Part shown: positions 16,375 to 25,449 of the stretch, piece after piece
Layout of the letters: every line of letters begins with the position of its first letter
Numbering within the stretch: position 1 is the stretch's first letter
From: Actinomycetota bacterium
GTDB lineage: Bacteria > Actinomycetota > Acidimicrobiia > Acidimicrobiales > Ilumatobacteraceae
Assembly (NCBI GenBank): GCA_026393575.1
Contig: JAPKZX010000073.1
Span: 4,793 to 68,792 of the forward strand
Direction of reading: 5' to 3'
Length of the DNA: 64,000 bases
Program-made: the position numbers and the translations under genes
Notes under the pieces: model-generated
Databases searched by the model: none
Seen by the model: only the letters and a program-made list of their open reading frames with translations
What the model was told of the DNA's origin: nothing

Positions 16375-17259
16375 ATGACACAACTTCGAATTGCGACTCG
16401 CTCGAGTGCTCAGGCACGAACACAAGCGGAGAATTTCGGCGCACTCATTGAGCGCATGTCGCCGGGTGTGTCTGTTGAATATGTTTTTGTGGATACGCAT
16501 GGAGACGTAAACCAAACCATTCCACTGCACCAGATGGGTGGTCAAGGCGTATTTGTGAAAGAAGTGCAACGCGCAGTGTTAGATGGTGCTGCCGATATCG
16601 CTGTGCATTCTGCAAAAGATCTGCCATCGCAAACTGCTGACGGCTTAGTGATCGCTGCGGTGGGGGAACGTCGGACTCCTAATGATGCACTGATCGGCCG
16701 ATCGTTAGATGATCTTGCAATTGGTGCAACTGTTGCAACTGGGTCGGTGCGACGCCGTGCTCAATTGATGCGCATGCGTCCTGACCTGCAGTTTGTTGAC
16801 TTGCGCGGCAACATTCAGACTCGGCTTTCAAAGATTCCAGATGGTGGAGCCATTGTGATGGCAGTGGCTGCACTTGAAATATTGGGAATGACTGATCACA
16901 TAGCGCAAGTTCTCAACATCGATGTTGCAGTGCCAATGGTTGGGCAAGGTTCTGTGGCAGTCGAAGCTCGTTCAGATGACAGGGTTACTTTGGAAATTTT
17001 GTCGGCGATAGATCATGTGTCGAGTCGATACGCGGTGGAAACAGAACGAGCTTTCCTCGCTGAACTTGGCGCCGGCTGTTCGTTGCCTGTGGGTGCGCAT
17101 CTAACAAAAGAAGGCGTATTCCACGCTTTTATGGCAACTGATGATTGTTCTGATTCTGTACAACTAGTTGGTCCAATTGGCGACACAGACGACAACATTG
17201 CTGTTGGCATTGCAGCGGCACACGAATGTCGTACTCGTTTGGCAGAAGTTGCAGAATAA
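16375..17259 (+). CDS. hemC: hydroxymethylbilane synthase (porphobilinogen deaminase)
   Basis: LRIATRSSAQARTQA start, HSAKDLP, and the cofactor Cys in LGAGCSLPVGA. Confidence 0.92.
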   Translation: MTQLRIATRSSAQARTQAENFGALIERMSPGVSVEYVFVDTHGDVNQTIPLHQMGGQGVFVKEVQRAVLDGAADIAVHSAKDLPSQTADGLVIAAVGERRTPNDALIGRSLDDLAIGATVATGSVRRRAQLMRMRPDLQFVDLRGNIQTRLSKIPDGGAIVMAVAALEILGMTDHIAQVLNIDVAVPMVGQGSVAVEARSDDRVTLEILSAIDHVSSRYAVETERAFLAELGAGCSLPVGAHLTKEGVFHAFMATDDCSDSVQLVGPIGDTDDNIAVGIAAAHECRTRLAEVAE

Positions 17260-17997
17260 ATGTCGAACTCGCTTGAAGGCAGATCTGTAGTTATTACTCG
17301 TTCTATAGCCCAGAACGAATCATTACGCCGGTTGTTAGAAGCTCGTGGCGCGCGAGTTGTTGAAGTTCCGCTCATTGCTGTTGTCGAACCGGACGACGAA
17401 GGTCGCGAACGTGACGAAGTGCTGCAGCGGTTTGAAGATTTTGATTGGATTGTTGTGACATCACCGAATGGGGCAGATCGTGTGGCGCCATTTCTTTCTG
17501 CTGCACACGCTGCAGGTGATGCGAAGCGTTTTCCATTGTTAGCCGCTGTAGGTGAAGCCACTGCGCGTTCTGTAGGCACACCGGTTGCATTGTGTGCTGA
17601 ACCCGCTAGAAGCGATGTATTGGCACAGCAGTTTCCTGAGGGCAGTGGATCAGTTCTTGTCGTGCAGGGAAATCTGGCTGACAATCAATTGAGTGACGAC
17701 ATAGAAGCAAAAGGGTGGACAGTCACACGGGTTGTTGCATATCGCACTGTTCATTTGCGACCAACAAAAGAAATGATGTTGCCAGCGCTTTCAGCCGATG
17801 TTCTGTTACTTGCATCAGGCAGTGCAGCAACTGCGTGGTTTGATGCATTTGGTGCTTCAACTCCACCGTATGTGGTGGCAATGGGGCCAAGCACCGCCAA
17901 AGTCGCTGTCAACCTGGGTCTTGAAGTATCTGCAATAGCGTCAGAACAGACCCTGGACTCTCTTATCGAGACTGCCGAACGGGTGATTAGCCAATAA
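17260..17997 (+). CDS. hemD: uroporphyrinogen-III synthase
   Basis: HemD-like VVITRS...WIVVTSPNG repeat architecture, positioned between hemC and hemB. The ATG immediately follows the hemC stop codon (no spacer). Confidence 0.8.
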   Translation: MSNSLEGRSVVITRSIAQNESLRRLLEARGARVVEVPLIAVVEPDDEGRERDEVLQRFEDFDWIVVTSPNGADRVAPFLSAAHAAGDAKRFPLLAAVGEATARSVGTPVALCAEPARSDVLAQQFPEGSGSVLVVQGNLADNQLSDDIEAKGWTVTRVVAYRTVHLRPTKEMMLPALSADVLLLASGSAATAWFDAFGASTPPYVVAMGPSTAKVAVNLGLEVSAIASEQTLDSLIETAERVISQ

Positions 17998-18007
17998 CCT
18001 GAAGACG

Positions 18008-18988
18008 ATGTTTCCCGTATCGCGCCCCCGACGACTTCGTACCACTGGTGCAATGCGTGAACTAGTAGCCGAAACCAGGTTGCATGTTTCCGATCTCGTG
18101 GCACCACTTTTTGTGCGCGAAGGAATCTCATCTCCACAACCCATTGTTTCTTTGCCAGGCGTTGTCCAGCACACGGTCGCATCGCTTGTTCAAGAAGTAC
18201 AAGAGTTGCGTGACCTCGGTGTGAAGGCAATCATTTTGTTCGGAGTTCCCGCTTCGAAAGACGACATTGGGTCTGGTGCGTTTGATCCAAACGGCATAGC
18301 CCAAGTTGCGCTGAGGGCTCTTCACAGTGCCGTGGGTGATGACGTAGTGCTCATGGCGGATCTATGCGTTGATGAATACACCTCCCATGGACATTGCGGA
18401 ATTGTCGGAGCCGATGGTGAAGTTGATAACGATGCAACACTTGAGATTTATTGCAAGGCTGCCGTGGCGCAGGCTCAGGCAGGTGCTCACGTTGTAGCAC
18501 CGAGCGGCATGATGGATGGCCAAGTGGGTGCAATTCGTTCTGCTCTTGACGATGCCGGATTTGAAAATGTTGCGATCATGGCGTACTCAGCAAAGTATGC
18601 CTCTGCGCTCTATGGACCATTTCGTGATGCAGTCGATGTTCAGATTGTGGGCGGCGGGCATCGCAAGGGGTATCAACAAGATTGGCGCAATGCACGTGAG
18701 TCAATGCGTGAAGTATTCGAAGATATTGAACAAGGCGCAGACATTGTGATGGTGAAGCCTGCACTTGCGTATCTCGATGTCATTGGTCAGGTACGTGCAT
18801 CGGTCGATCATCCTGTCGCTGCGTATCACGTGAGTGGCGAGTACTCCATGCTTAAAGCCGCTGCCGAAAAAGGCTGGATTGATCACGACGCGGTTGCAAT
18901 GGAACATCTCACTGCAATCAAACGCGCAGGCGCTGACATCATTTTGACATATCTCACGCGTTGGTTCGCTGAGAACGCAACGAAGTAG
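18008..18988 (+). CDS. hemB: porphobilinogen synthase (5-aminolevulinate dehydratase)
   Basis: RPRRLR start, DLCVDEYTSHGHCG metal site, and active-site Lys in IVMVKPALAYLD. Confidence 0.92.
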   Translation: MFPVSRPRRLRTTGAMRELVAETRLHVSDLVAPLFVREGISSPQPIVSLPGVVQHTVASLVQEVQELRDLGVKAIILFGVPASKDDIGSGAFDPNGIAQVALRALHSAVGDDVVLMADLCVDEYTSHGHCGIVGADGEVDNDATLEIYCKAAVAQAQAGAHVVAPSGMMDGQVGAIRSALDDAGFENVAIMAYSAKYASALYGPFRDAVDVQIVGGGHRKGYQQDWRNARESMREVFEDIEQGADIVMVKPALAYLDVIGQVRASVDHPVAAYHVSGEYSMLKAAAEKGWIDHDAVAMEHLTAIKRAGADIILTYLTRWFAENATK

Positions 18989-18995
18989 GTCTTTT

Positions 18996-20348
18996 GTGAC
19001 TAATGCAATTCCATTGTGTGATGCGACTGCATGTGTGCAGGCTGGTTGTACGGCAACAGTGTGTCGTGGTCTAGGTACTCCATCAAACCAGTTAGTTTTT
19101 GAACGTTCTGCTCGTGCAATCCCTGGCGGTGTCAACTCGTCTATTCGTGCATTCAAAGCAGTGGGCGGAACGCCATACATTGTGTCTCGCGCTAACGGTG
19201 CATATGTCTACGACGTTGAAGGCAATGAGCTCATCGACCTTGTGCAGAGTTACGGAGCCATCATCCTCGGTCATGCGCATCCAAAAGTTACAGAGGCAAT
19301 CAGATCTGCTGCAGGTGACGGCACGTCGTATGGCGCACCCACTCCGCGAGAAATGAAATTGGCTGAAGCGATTGCTGAGCGTGTTCCGTCGTGTGAACGA
19401 GTTCGCTTTATGAATAGCGGGACCGAAGCCACAAGTACTGCGGTGCGACTTGCACGAGGTGCAACGGGTCGCAAACGAATTGTTACTTTTCATGGCAACT
19501 TTCATGGCGCAACAGATGCACTGTTAGCAGCAGGTGGAAGTGGCATTGCAACCTTGGGACTTCCAGGAACGGCCGGAGTTCCCGAAGAGGCCGTAGCAAA
19601 TACTTGGGTGTTGCCATACAACGTTGTCCCCACTCTTGATGAAGATGTCGCAGCAGTGTTTGTTGAACCTGTTGCCGCCAACATGGGACTTGTTGCACCA
19701 GCACCTGGATTTCTTGAAGGACTTCGAGCCGAATGTGATCGCGTTGGCGCACTGCTTGTCTTCGACGAAGTGATCACAGGGTTTCGTTTAGGAACAGGTG
19801 GAGCACAAGGGAAGTACGACATTCGTCCTGATCTCACATGCTTTGGAAAAGTAATTGGTGGAGGCCTACCCATTGGCGCTGTTGGTGGACGCAAAGACAT
19901 TATGGAGAACCTGACCCCGTTGGGTTCGGTGTTCCACGCCGGAACTTTGGCTGGTAATCCACTGGCAACTGCTGCAGGTCTTGCTGCACTCAATGAACTG
20001 ACAGATGATGTGTACATGGAATTATCCGCGCGTACACGGCATGTTGCTTCCATGTTGCGCGATGCGTGTGCAGAAGCAAATGTTGATGCATCATTCCCAG
20101 TGGTGGGAACTCTTGCGGGTATGTATTTCGGACATGCACTCGGCGGTAAAACGCCAACAAACTTCCAAGAAGCTTGTACAACAAGCGAAGAAACATACGC
20201 CAAGGTATTCCACGCACTTCTGTCTGCTGGTGTTGCACTTGCGCCAGGTGCGTACGAATCTTTGTTTGTTGGGTTAGCTCATACAGATGAAGTTGTGGCG
20301 CAACTTACAGAGCGAGTCGTTGTGGGATTGCAAGGAATTAACCGTTGA
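18996..20348 (+). CDS. hemL: glutamate-1-semialdehyde 2,1-aminomutase
   Basis: IPGGVNSSIRAF, VFDEVITGFR and the PLP-Lys motif CFGKVIGGGLP. The start is uncertain: GTG 18996 adds a Cys-rich ~25 aa extension not typical of HemL. Confidence 0.9.
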   Translation: MTNAIPLCDATACVQAGCTATVCRGLGTPSNQLVFERSARAIPGGVNSSIRAFKAVGGTPYIVSRANGAYVYDVEGNELIDLVQSYGAIILGHAHPKVTEAIRSAAGDGTSYGAPTPREMKLAEAIAERVPSCERVRFMNSGTEATSTAVRLARGATGRKRIVTFHGNFHGATDALLAAGGSGIATLGLPGTAGVPEEAVANTWVLPYNVVPTLDEDVAAVFVEPVAANMGLVAPAPGFLEGLRAECDRVGALLVFDEVITGFRLGTGGAQGKYDIRPDLTCFGKVIGGGLPIGAVGGRKDIMENLTPLGSVFHAGTLAGNPLATAAGLAALNELTDDVYMELSARTRHVASMLRDACAEANVDASFPVVGTLAGMYFGHALGGKTPTNFQEACTTSEETYAKVFHALLSAGVALAPGAYESLFVGLAHTDEVVAQLTERVVVGLQGINR

Positions 20349-20950
20349 GCAGACGCATCCTCTTCACCGCTCTTGCAATCTTGCTTATCGGTGTGGTTCT
20401 GGTGTCACAACGTGGGGGAGCAAAGGTTGTTGCACCTACTGCTGTGTTACACAAAGTGGATCTCATAGCGAGTATTGACAGCATCAATCTTGACGCTGCG
20501 TGGTCTCAAGATGGGAAAGTTACTTCAGGTGGTGCTGCCAGATTGTCGCTTGATGATTTGCGTACGTTGACAATTCTTGAAGGCACCATGACTGCTGAAT
20601 ACGGTGACATCCAACGGTGTACAGATTTTGTTACTCCAAATGCTTGCGTGTTGTTTGCAGACATGTTGGGTGAAGCAGTCGTATGGTTTGGACTTGTGTC
20701 AGCAGACGCAGTCTCGTCTCGAGCATTTGTGACACTGCCCGGATTGATCGACATGCAAGACAATGGGAATGAAGGCATTCTGCGTAATGGGTGGGTAGTG
20801 AACCTTGCTACTCCCGTGAAACGTAATTGTGAACAGGAAGACGGAGACACTTCGTCCTTGCGCGATTTCATCACACGGTTCCCAGATGCAAAAAGTACTG
20901 CAGTGGTAAATCTATTGACGGACAATGTTGTGTCCGTGAAATGTTTGTAA
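20345..20950 (+). CDS. hypothetical membrane-anchored / secreted protein
   Basis: TTG start overlapping the hemL stop, and an N-terminal hydrophobic anchor ILFTALAILLIGVVLV. I recognise no family. Confidence 0.5.
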   Translation: MSRRILFTALAILLIGVVLVSQRGGAKVVAPTAVLHKVDLIASIDSINLDAAWSQDGKVTSGGAARLSLDDLRTLTILEGTMTAEYGDIQRCTDFVTPNACVLFADMLGEAVVWFGLVSADAVSSRAFVTLPGLIDMQDNGNEGILRNGWVVNLATPVKRNCEQEDGDTSSLRDFITRFPDAKSTAVVNLLTDNVVSVKCL

Positions 20951-20957
20951 CTAAGCG

Positions 20958-21773
20958 TTACTTACCAATTGATGCGCGAGGCTCTGTGCCCACTGCACCT
21001 GGCTTAGTCGTAAGCATGGCGAAATCTTTTTCAATGGTGTCGAAACTGGTTGAACCCGCTTCAAGGCCAAGGAAAATTTCTGATTCTGGTGAACACCAGG
21101 TTTCGTATTCTGCTGCCCACTCTTCGCTCTTGGGGTCTGCGCCACTAATCGCGTAACGCGCGTGGCACACCACGGAAAGAATTTCTGCTTCAGTCAAAGC
21201 ACCGCCTGCTTTTTCACCTTGCATTGGCATCGGGTTTCCGTTGTATGAAAGTGGAGCATGCGCGCCACCTTCACGGTTTGGATCTCCGTACGTCTTGATT
21301 TCAGCAGCTGCGTATTTCTGGCTTCCGTTGTAGACGAAGTTCAACATGTCTTCAATGTGTGGGAAAGTTTTCATCACTTCACCCTGATACAAAATTCGTC
21401 CAGCTCCACCAGCACCATCGGCGCCGTGGCATCCGGCGCACGAACCGAACACGGTTGCGCCAATAGACATTGGTCCAGCAAGAACTTTTTCCGCAGGCTT
21501 TAAAGCAATGAGATACAACGCTGCCCATGCTGGCAATAAAGCAAGACCTGCCATTGCCCAGAATGGAATCTTTTTGCGTGACTTGGCTGCAGCAACGTAT
21601 GGCGGATCAGCAACAACAGGTTTTGGTGCAGGAGCTTCTGCTGCTTTTGCAGGTGTGGCAGGGGTAGCGACTGCTGGGGTCGATGATGGGGCGCTATCGC
21701 CAGACGCATCGCCAGACGCATCTGCGCGACGTGCCTTGGAGCGATTCAGAAGGTGCTCGGGAATCTCGGTCAC
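20958..21773 (-). CDS. membrane-anchored mono-heme c-type cytochrome
   Basis: Single CAGCH heme-binding motif after one TM helix (FWAMAGLALLPAWAALYLIAL). The N-terminal tail is Ala/Pro-rich. GTG start. Confidence 0.8.
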   Translation of the reverse strand: MTEIPEHLLNRSKARRADASGDASGDSAPSSTPAVATPATPAKAAEAPAPKPVVADPPYVAAAKSRKKIPFWAMAGLALLPAWAALYLIALKPAEKVLAGPMSIGATVFGSCAGCHGADGAGGAGRILYQGEVMKTFPHIEDMLNFVYNGSQKYAAAEIKTYGDPNREGGAHAPLSYNGNPMPMQGEKAGGALTEAEILSVVCHARYAISGADPKSEEWAAEYETWCSPESEIFLGLEAGSTSFDTIEKDFAMLTTKPGAVGTEPRASIGK

Positions 21774-21934
21774 TGCTCTTTACCTCTCGGGGAGACCATG
21801 GAAGAAGTCGTCAGAAAGCGGAAGTGCTCTCTGATTCGATGTCTTGCCTCCACGATAGACAAATAAAGGTGTTCTAGAGGAATCATTGTGGGTTGCGCCC
21901 CAGTGACTCATGTCGGTTGCCTCGGCCAGATACT

Positions 21935-22003
21935 TTGTGCGATTGTGCTTTTTGGGCACAACAGCACAACCTCGTAGCGGTCCCAAAACGCACAAAAGCA
22001 CAA
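21935..22003. promoter_or_regulatory. array of six TTGTGC/GCACAA hexamers (candidate operator) in a divergent intergenic region
   Basis: TTGTGC(21935)-ga-TTGTGC(21943)-tttttgg-GCACAA(21956)-ca-GCACAA(21964), followed by GCACAA(21990)-aa-GCACAA(21998). Confidence 0.35.
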
Positions 22004-22152
22004 CCTCAACTTGGTGATTGCAGGTTTACATGCGACAGAAGTCGCCCTTCGGGAAATGGGTAAACAGGGTGGTCAGGTGACTAGTCTTTCTATTACTTAG
22101 GCACCTGCCCCAGGCAATTACCGTCACCAGGACCGGAGAAGAAGAACAGTCC

Positions 22153-22629
22153 ATGATCGCGATCGACATCCTTAGATGGCCCGGAGTCAACCAGGCATTC
22201 CTGTTTTCCTTTTTCGCTACCACCGCTATGGCTCTCATTGTCATTCCGATTGGGAAACGTCGCCCAATAGCTAAGGCTGCGACATGGGGCGAAGCCATGA
22301 TTGGTTCTGTATACACGTTCTTCGTCATGTTCTTGGCGTTTGGTGTTGTTCCTCACCAGTTCATCGACCATGCAGACAAAGAACTCGGATGGCGTAAGGA
22401 CAAATTGTTGTACGGCCCTTTCGACATCTTCAATGCCAAGGCCAACGGCGGAAATTTCCCGTTTACGCTGAGCTATGAAGCAATTCGCGACATCGCTGTA
22501 GTCGTCATTCACGTCTACTTCATTGGTCTCATGATTTACATGTTCGTCTGGTGGCAGAAGCGTGGCGAGAAAGTCACAAAAGAGATCGAAACTTCGTCCT
22601 ACGGTCGCCCATTGGTGCGAAAGAGTTAA
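22153..22629 (+). CDS. hypothetical integral membrane protein (first gene of the Rieske/cyt b cluster)
   Basis: Three or four predicted TM helices. A GGAGAAG sequence sits upstream of the ATG. I recognise no family. Confidence 0.6.
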   Translation: MIAIDILRWPGVNQAFLFSFFATTAMALIVIPIGKRRPIAKAATWGEAMIGSVYTFFVMFLAFGVVPHQFIDHADKELGWRKDKLLYGPFDIFNAKANGGNFPFTLSYEAIRDIAVVVIHVYFIGLMIYMFVWWQKRGEKVTKEIETSSYGRPLVRKS

Positions 22630-22635
22630 GAAATC

Positions 22636-23049
22636 ATGGCTCGCACAGACGCAAACCCACCGATGCCAGAATGGTCAACTGAGTATCAACTCGTTGAAGT
22701 TGATGCTGACTACTTGGGCAAAGCTGTAAAGCCAAAACAGTTCATTCATATTGACCAAAGTGAATGCATCATGTGCGAAGGCTGCGTCGACATCTGCCCA
22801 TGGAAGTGCATCCATATGGTGACTCCCGATGCTGTTGCAGAAGCAACAGATACGGAGATGCCTGGTTCAGATCCATCTGACAACGTTCTTTTCATCATCG
22901 ATGACGATGTGTGTACACGGTGTGCACTGTGCGTCGATCGCTGTCCAACTGGCGTCATCATTCTGGGCAAAGTCGGTGCACCCGATCCAGAAGGTGACAG
23001 TCACACCCGAACAAACAATCATGGCTACGGCTATGGAATGCGCCTCTGA
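22636..23049 (+). CDS. 2x[4Fe-4S] ferredoxin-type protein
   Basis: Two CxxCxxCxxxCP motifs: CIMCEGCVDICP and CTRCALCVDRCP. Confidence 0.85.
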   Translation: MARTDANPPMPEWSTEYQLVEVDADYLGKAVKPKQFIHIDQSECIMCEGCVDICPWKCIHMVTPDAVAEATDTEMPGSDPSDNVLFIIDDDVCTRCALCVDRCPTGVIILGKVGAPDPEGDSHTRTNNHGYGYGMRL

Positions 23050-23061
23050 GGTAAGTGAATC

Positions 23062-23785
23062 ATGGCAAAAGTATTAGATAACCCTCGTCCAACTCTGAAA
23101 GAGCGGGCAGCCAAACTCGGAGGCCAAGTTCAAGGCAGCCAAGTATGGAACTCAATCTTTCGACCAGGTTCGATTTTCCGTAAGGGCTACACCGATAGCC
23201 CTCGTAACCGTTCGTACGTAATCATGAACTCGGTGCTGTATCACTTGCACCCAGTGAAGGTGAAGCGTCACGCAGTCAAAGTCAGTTACACGCTGTGTCT
23301 TGGTGGTTTGAGTTTCTTTCTCTTCATCTTGCTCACTGTCACCGGAATCTTCTTGATGTTCTTCTACCGACCAACAGGTGCAAACGCATGGCAAGACATT
23401 CAGACCTTGCAGACATCAGTGACTTTCGGTTTGCTCATTCGCAACATGCATCGTTGGGGAGCACACCTCATGGTGTTGTCAGTGTTCTTGCACATGGCGC
23501 GTGTTTTCTACCACGGTGCATACAAGCCACCTCGTGAATTCAACTGGGTAATTGGTGTCGTTCTCTTGACACTCACTTTGTTGTTGTCCTTCACCGGTTA
23601 CTTGTTGCCATGGGATCAGCTTGCTCTCTGGGCAGTAACGGTGGGTACCAACATGATGGGGTATTCGCCGGTCATTGGTTCGGTACGTGCTTCACGTACT
23701 CATGCTTCCTTTCGTCATCGTCATCTTTATGGCAATTCACTTCTGGCGCGTCCGCAAAGACGGCGGAATCTCTGGACCTCTGTAA
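23062..23785 (+). pseudogene. cytochrome b6-type (N-terminal cytochrome b) gene, frame-disrupted as given
   Basis: Helices A-C are in frame 1 ([35 protein letters not shown]...[25 protein letters not shown]). Helix D and the conserved C-terminus [33 protein letters not shown]-stop (TAA 23783-23785) are in the +1 frame. About 20 residues of the cd loop are absent. The track ORF 23062-23808 ends in a non-homologous Arg-rich tail. Confidence 0.7.
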
Positions 23786-23800
23786 GCGAGGGAGCACACA

Positions 23801-24535
23801 ATGACTGAAATTCCTGAACACCTACTGAAGCGAGCACAAGCAGCTCGTGAGAAGGCCGCGGCTGAATCAGATGCGCCTGCCGATGCAGGTGCTGGCGATT
23901 CACGCATTCCTGATCATCTTTTGGAACGAAGCAAAGCAGCTCGCGCAAGCGGAGACGGCGCAGTAGCAGTTGCGGATAAAGCAACAGCAGTTGTTGCAAG
24001 TGCGCCGGCCGGATCAGTGCCAGTGGGTGCCGGACCTGGTGGGCACACTCAACGTCTTCTTACTGTTGTGAAGTCTGGTTCTATCCAAGAAACAAAAGCA
24101 GCACCTGTCGACAAGGTGCACACGTGGCCTCACTTGTTGGCTGTTGAATTTGTTGCTGCACTTGCGTGCACAGCGTTCTTGTTCGTGTTCTCTTGGGTCG
24201 TTAACGCACCGTTGCTGCACGCAGCAGACTTCAACAAAACACCAAACCCATCGAAGGCACCTTGGTACTTCTTGGGTCTTCAGGAACTTCTCACCATGTT
24301 CCACCCAATGATCGCTGGCGTGACATTGCCTGGCATGGGTCTTGTTGCACTTATTTTGGCTCCATACGTTGACCGCAATACTTCGAACAAACCAGAAGAT
24401 CGCAAATGGATGACATCCATGATGACGCTTTTCCTTATGTTCTGGGCAGTGTTGGTCATCATTGGTTCGTTCTTCCGTGGTCCAGGGTTCAACTTCACCT
24501 TCCCATGGCGAGATGGCATTTTCTTCGAGTTGTGA
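23801..24535 (+). CDS. cytochrome b C-terminal domain protein (b6f subunit IV-like)
   Basis: [19 protein letters not shown] (PEWY-region equivalent) with three TM helices. GAGGGAG Shine-Dalgarno sequence upstream. A long N-terminal tail carries two IP(E/D)HLL repeats. Confidence 0.85.
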   Translation: MTEIPEHLLKRAQAAREKAAAESDAPADAGAGDSRIPDHLLERSKAARASGDGAVAVADKATAVVASAPAGSVPVGAGPGGHTQRLLTVVKSGSIQETKAAPVDKVHTWPHLLAVEFVAALACTAFLFVFSWVVNAPLLHAADFNKTPNPSKAPWYFLGLQELLTMFHPMIAGVTLPGMGLVALILAPYVDRNTSNKPEDRKWMTSMMTLFLMFWAVLVIIGSFFRGPGFNFTFPWRDGIFFEL

Positions 24536-24598
24536 TTTCACTTCTCAGTAACAACTAATTATTCGACGTAAAGACAAAGGAACAAGGAACGTAAAGGC

Positions 24599-25447
24599 AT
24601 GAGTACCGGAATCGTCATAACGATCGTGGTGATCGCAGCAGTTGTCTTCGGGGCAATTGTTGTGTTGACCACCGCTCGTAGCTCCGAAGTTCGTGGTGCC
24701 GGCGCGTTGTCGCGCGAGACACGTTCACGTGATCGCAAAGCAACAATCTCTGGCAGCGCACCGACTGGTCGCGAAGTAGAAGCAGCGTCACGTACAAAAG
24801 AAGTAGTGGTTGCAGCACCTGTTGCGGTAGAACCATTTGTTGCTCCCGACGAAGAAGCGCTTGGCGTTTCTCGCCGTATGTTTTTCAACCGTGCAGCAGT
24901 CACACTCATGGCGGCAAGCCTTGGTGCATTCGGAGCATCTGTAGTGGCGTTCTTGTGGAAAGGCGCCGAAGGCGGATTCGGTTCGAAAATAAATGCCGGA
25001 AAATTGTCAGATGTCATCTCTGGCATCCGAGCGAACAAAGGCTTTTTGTACTTGTCTGAAGCACGTGCGTGGGTAACTGAATATCCCAAAGATGCTCTTG
25101 GTAAAGGAAATGCCATCTACGGAAAGCAATCACCTGTGTACTCAGGTATGCAATCTGGAATTGTCGCGTTGTATCAGAAGTGCCCACACCTTGGTTGTCG
25201 TGTTCCTGAATGCAAGAGCTCGCAATGGTTCGAATGTCCATGTCATGGTTCGCAATACAACCGTGTAGGCGAGAAGAAAGGTGGCCCTGCTCCTCGTGGC
25301 ATGGATCGCTTTGGAGTTTCTATCGCTAACGGCGTTCTCACAATCGACACTGGCGCAGTTTTTGCAGGCCCAGCAATTGGCACAAACACAACAGGTCAAG
25401 AAGCTGAAGGTCCGCACTGCATCGGTTCAACCGGAGGGAAGCACTAA
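24599..25447 (+). CDS. Rieske [2Fe-2S] iron-sulfur subunit
   Basis: CPHLGCRV...CPCHGSQY cluster-binding boxes, and an internal SRRMFFNRAAV twin-Arg-like segment before the second TM. Confidence 0.9.
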   Translation: MSTGIVITIVVIAAVVFGAIVVLTTARSSEVRGAGALSRETRSRDRKATISGSAPTGREVEAASRTKEVVVAAPVAVEPFVAPDEEALGVSRRMFFNRAAVTLMAASLGAFGASVVAFLWKGAEGGFGSKINAGKLSDVISGIRANKGFLYLSEARAWVTEYPKDALGKGNAIYGKQSPVYSGMQSGIVALYQKCPHLGCRVPECKSSQWFECPCHGSQYNRVGEKKGGPAPRGMDRFGVSIANGVLTIDTGAVFAGPAIGTNTTGQEAEGPHCIGSTGGKH

Positions 25448-25449
25448 TT

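Noticed and set aside
17013-17684. 223-aa minus-strand ORF.
   Set aside because: It is antisense to the hemC/hemD junction. It is Ser/Ala/Arg/Thr-rich and has no start context.
19502-20203. 233-aa minus-strand ORF.
   Set aside because: It is antisense to hemL, which has clear PLP-enzyme motifs. This is shadow-ORF composition.
21704-21731. 12-nt tandem duplication (atcgccagacgc x2, encoding DASG-DASG on the minus strand).
   Set aside because: It lies in the low-complexity linker of the cytochrome c N-terminal tail. It is probably simple slippage of no regulatory meaning.
23610-23804. 64-aa alternative-frame ORF inside the cytochrome b6 region.
   Set aside because: It is neither frame of the conserved protein. 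It is a by-product of the frame disruption, not an independent gene.
24559-25116. 185-aa minus-strand ORF.
   Set aside because: It is antisense to the Rieske protein gene, and I recognise no features in it.
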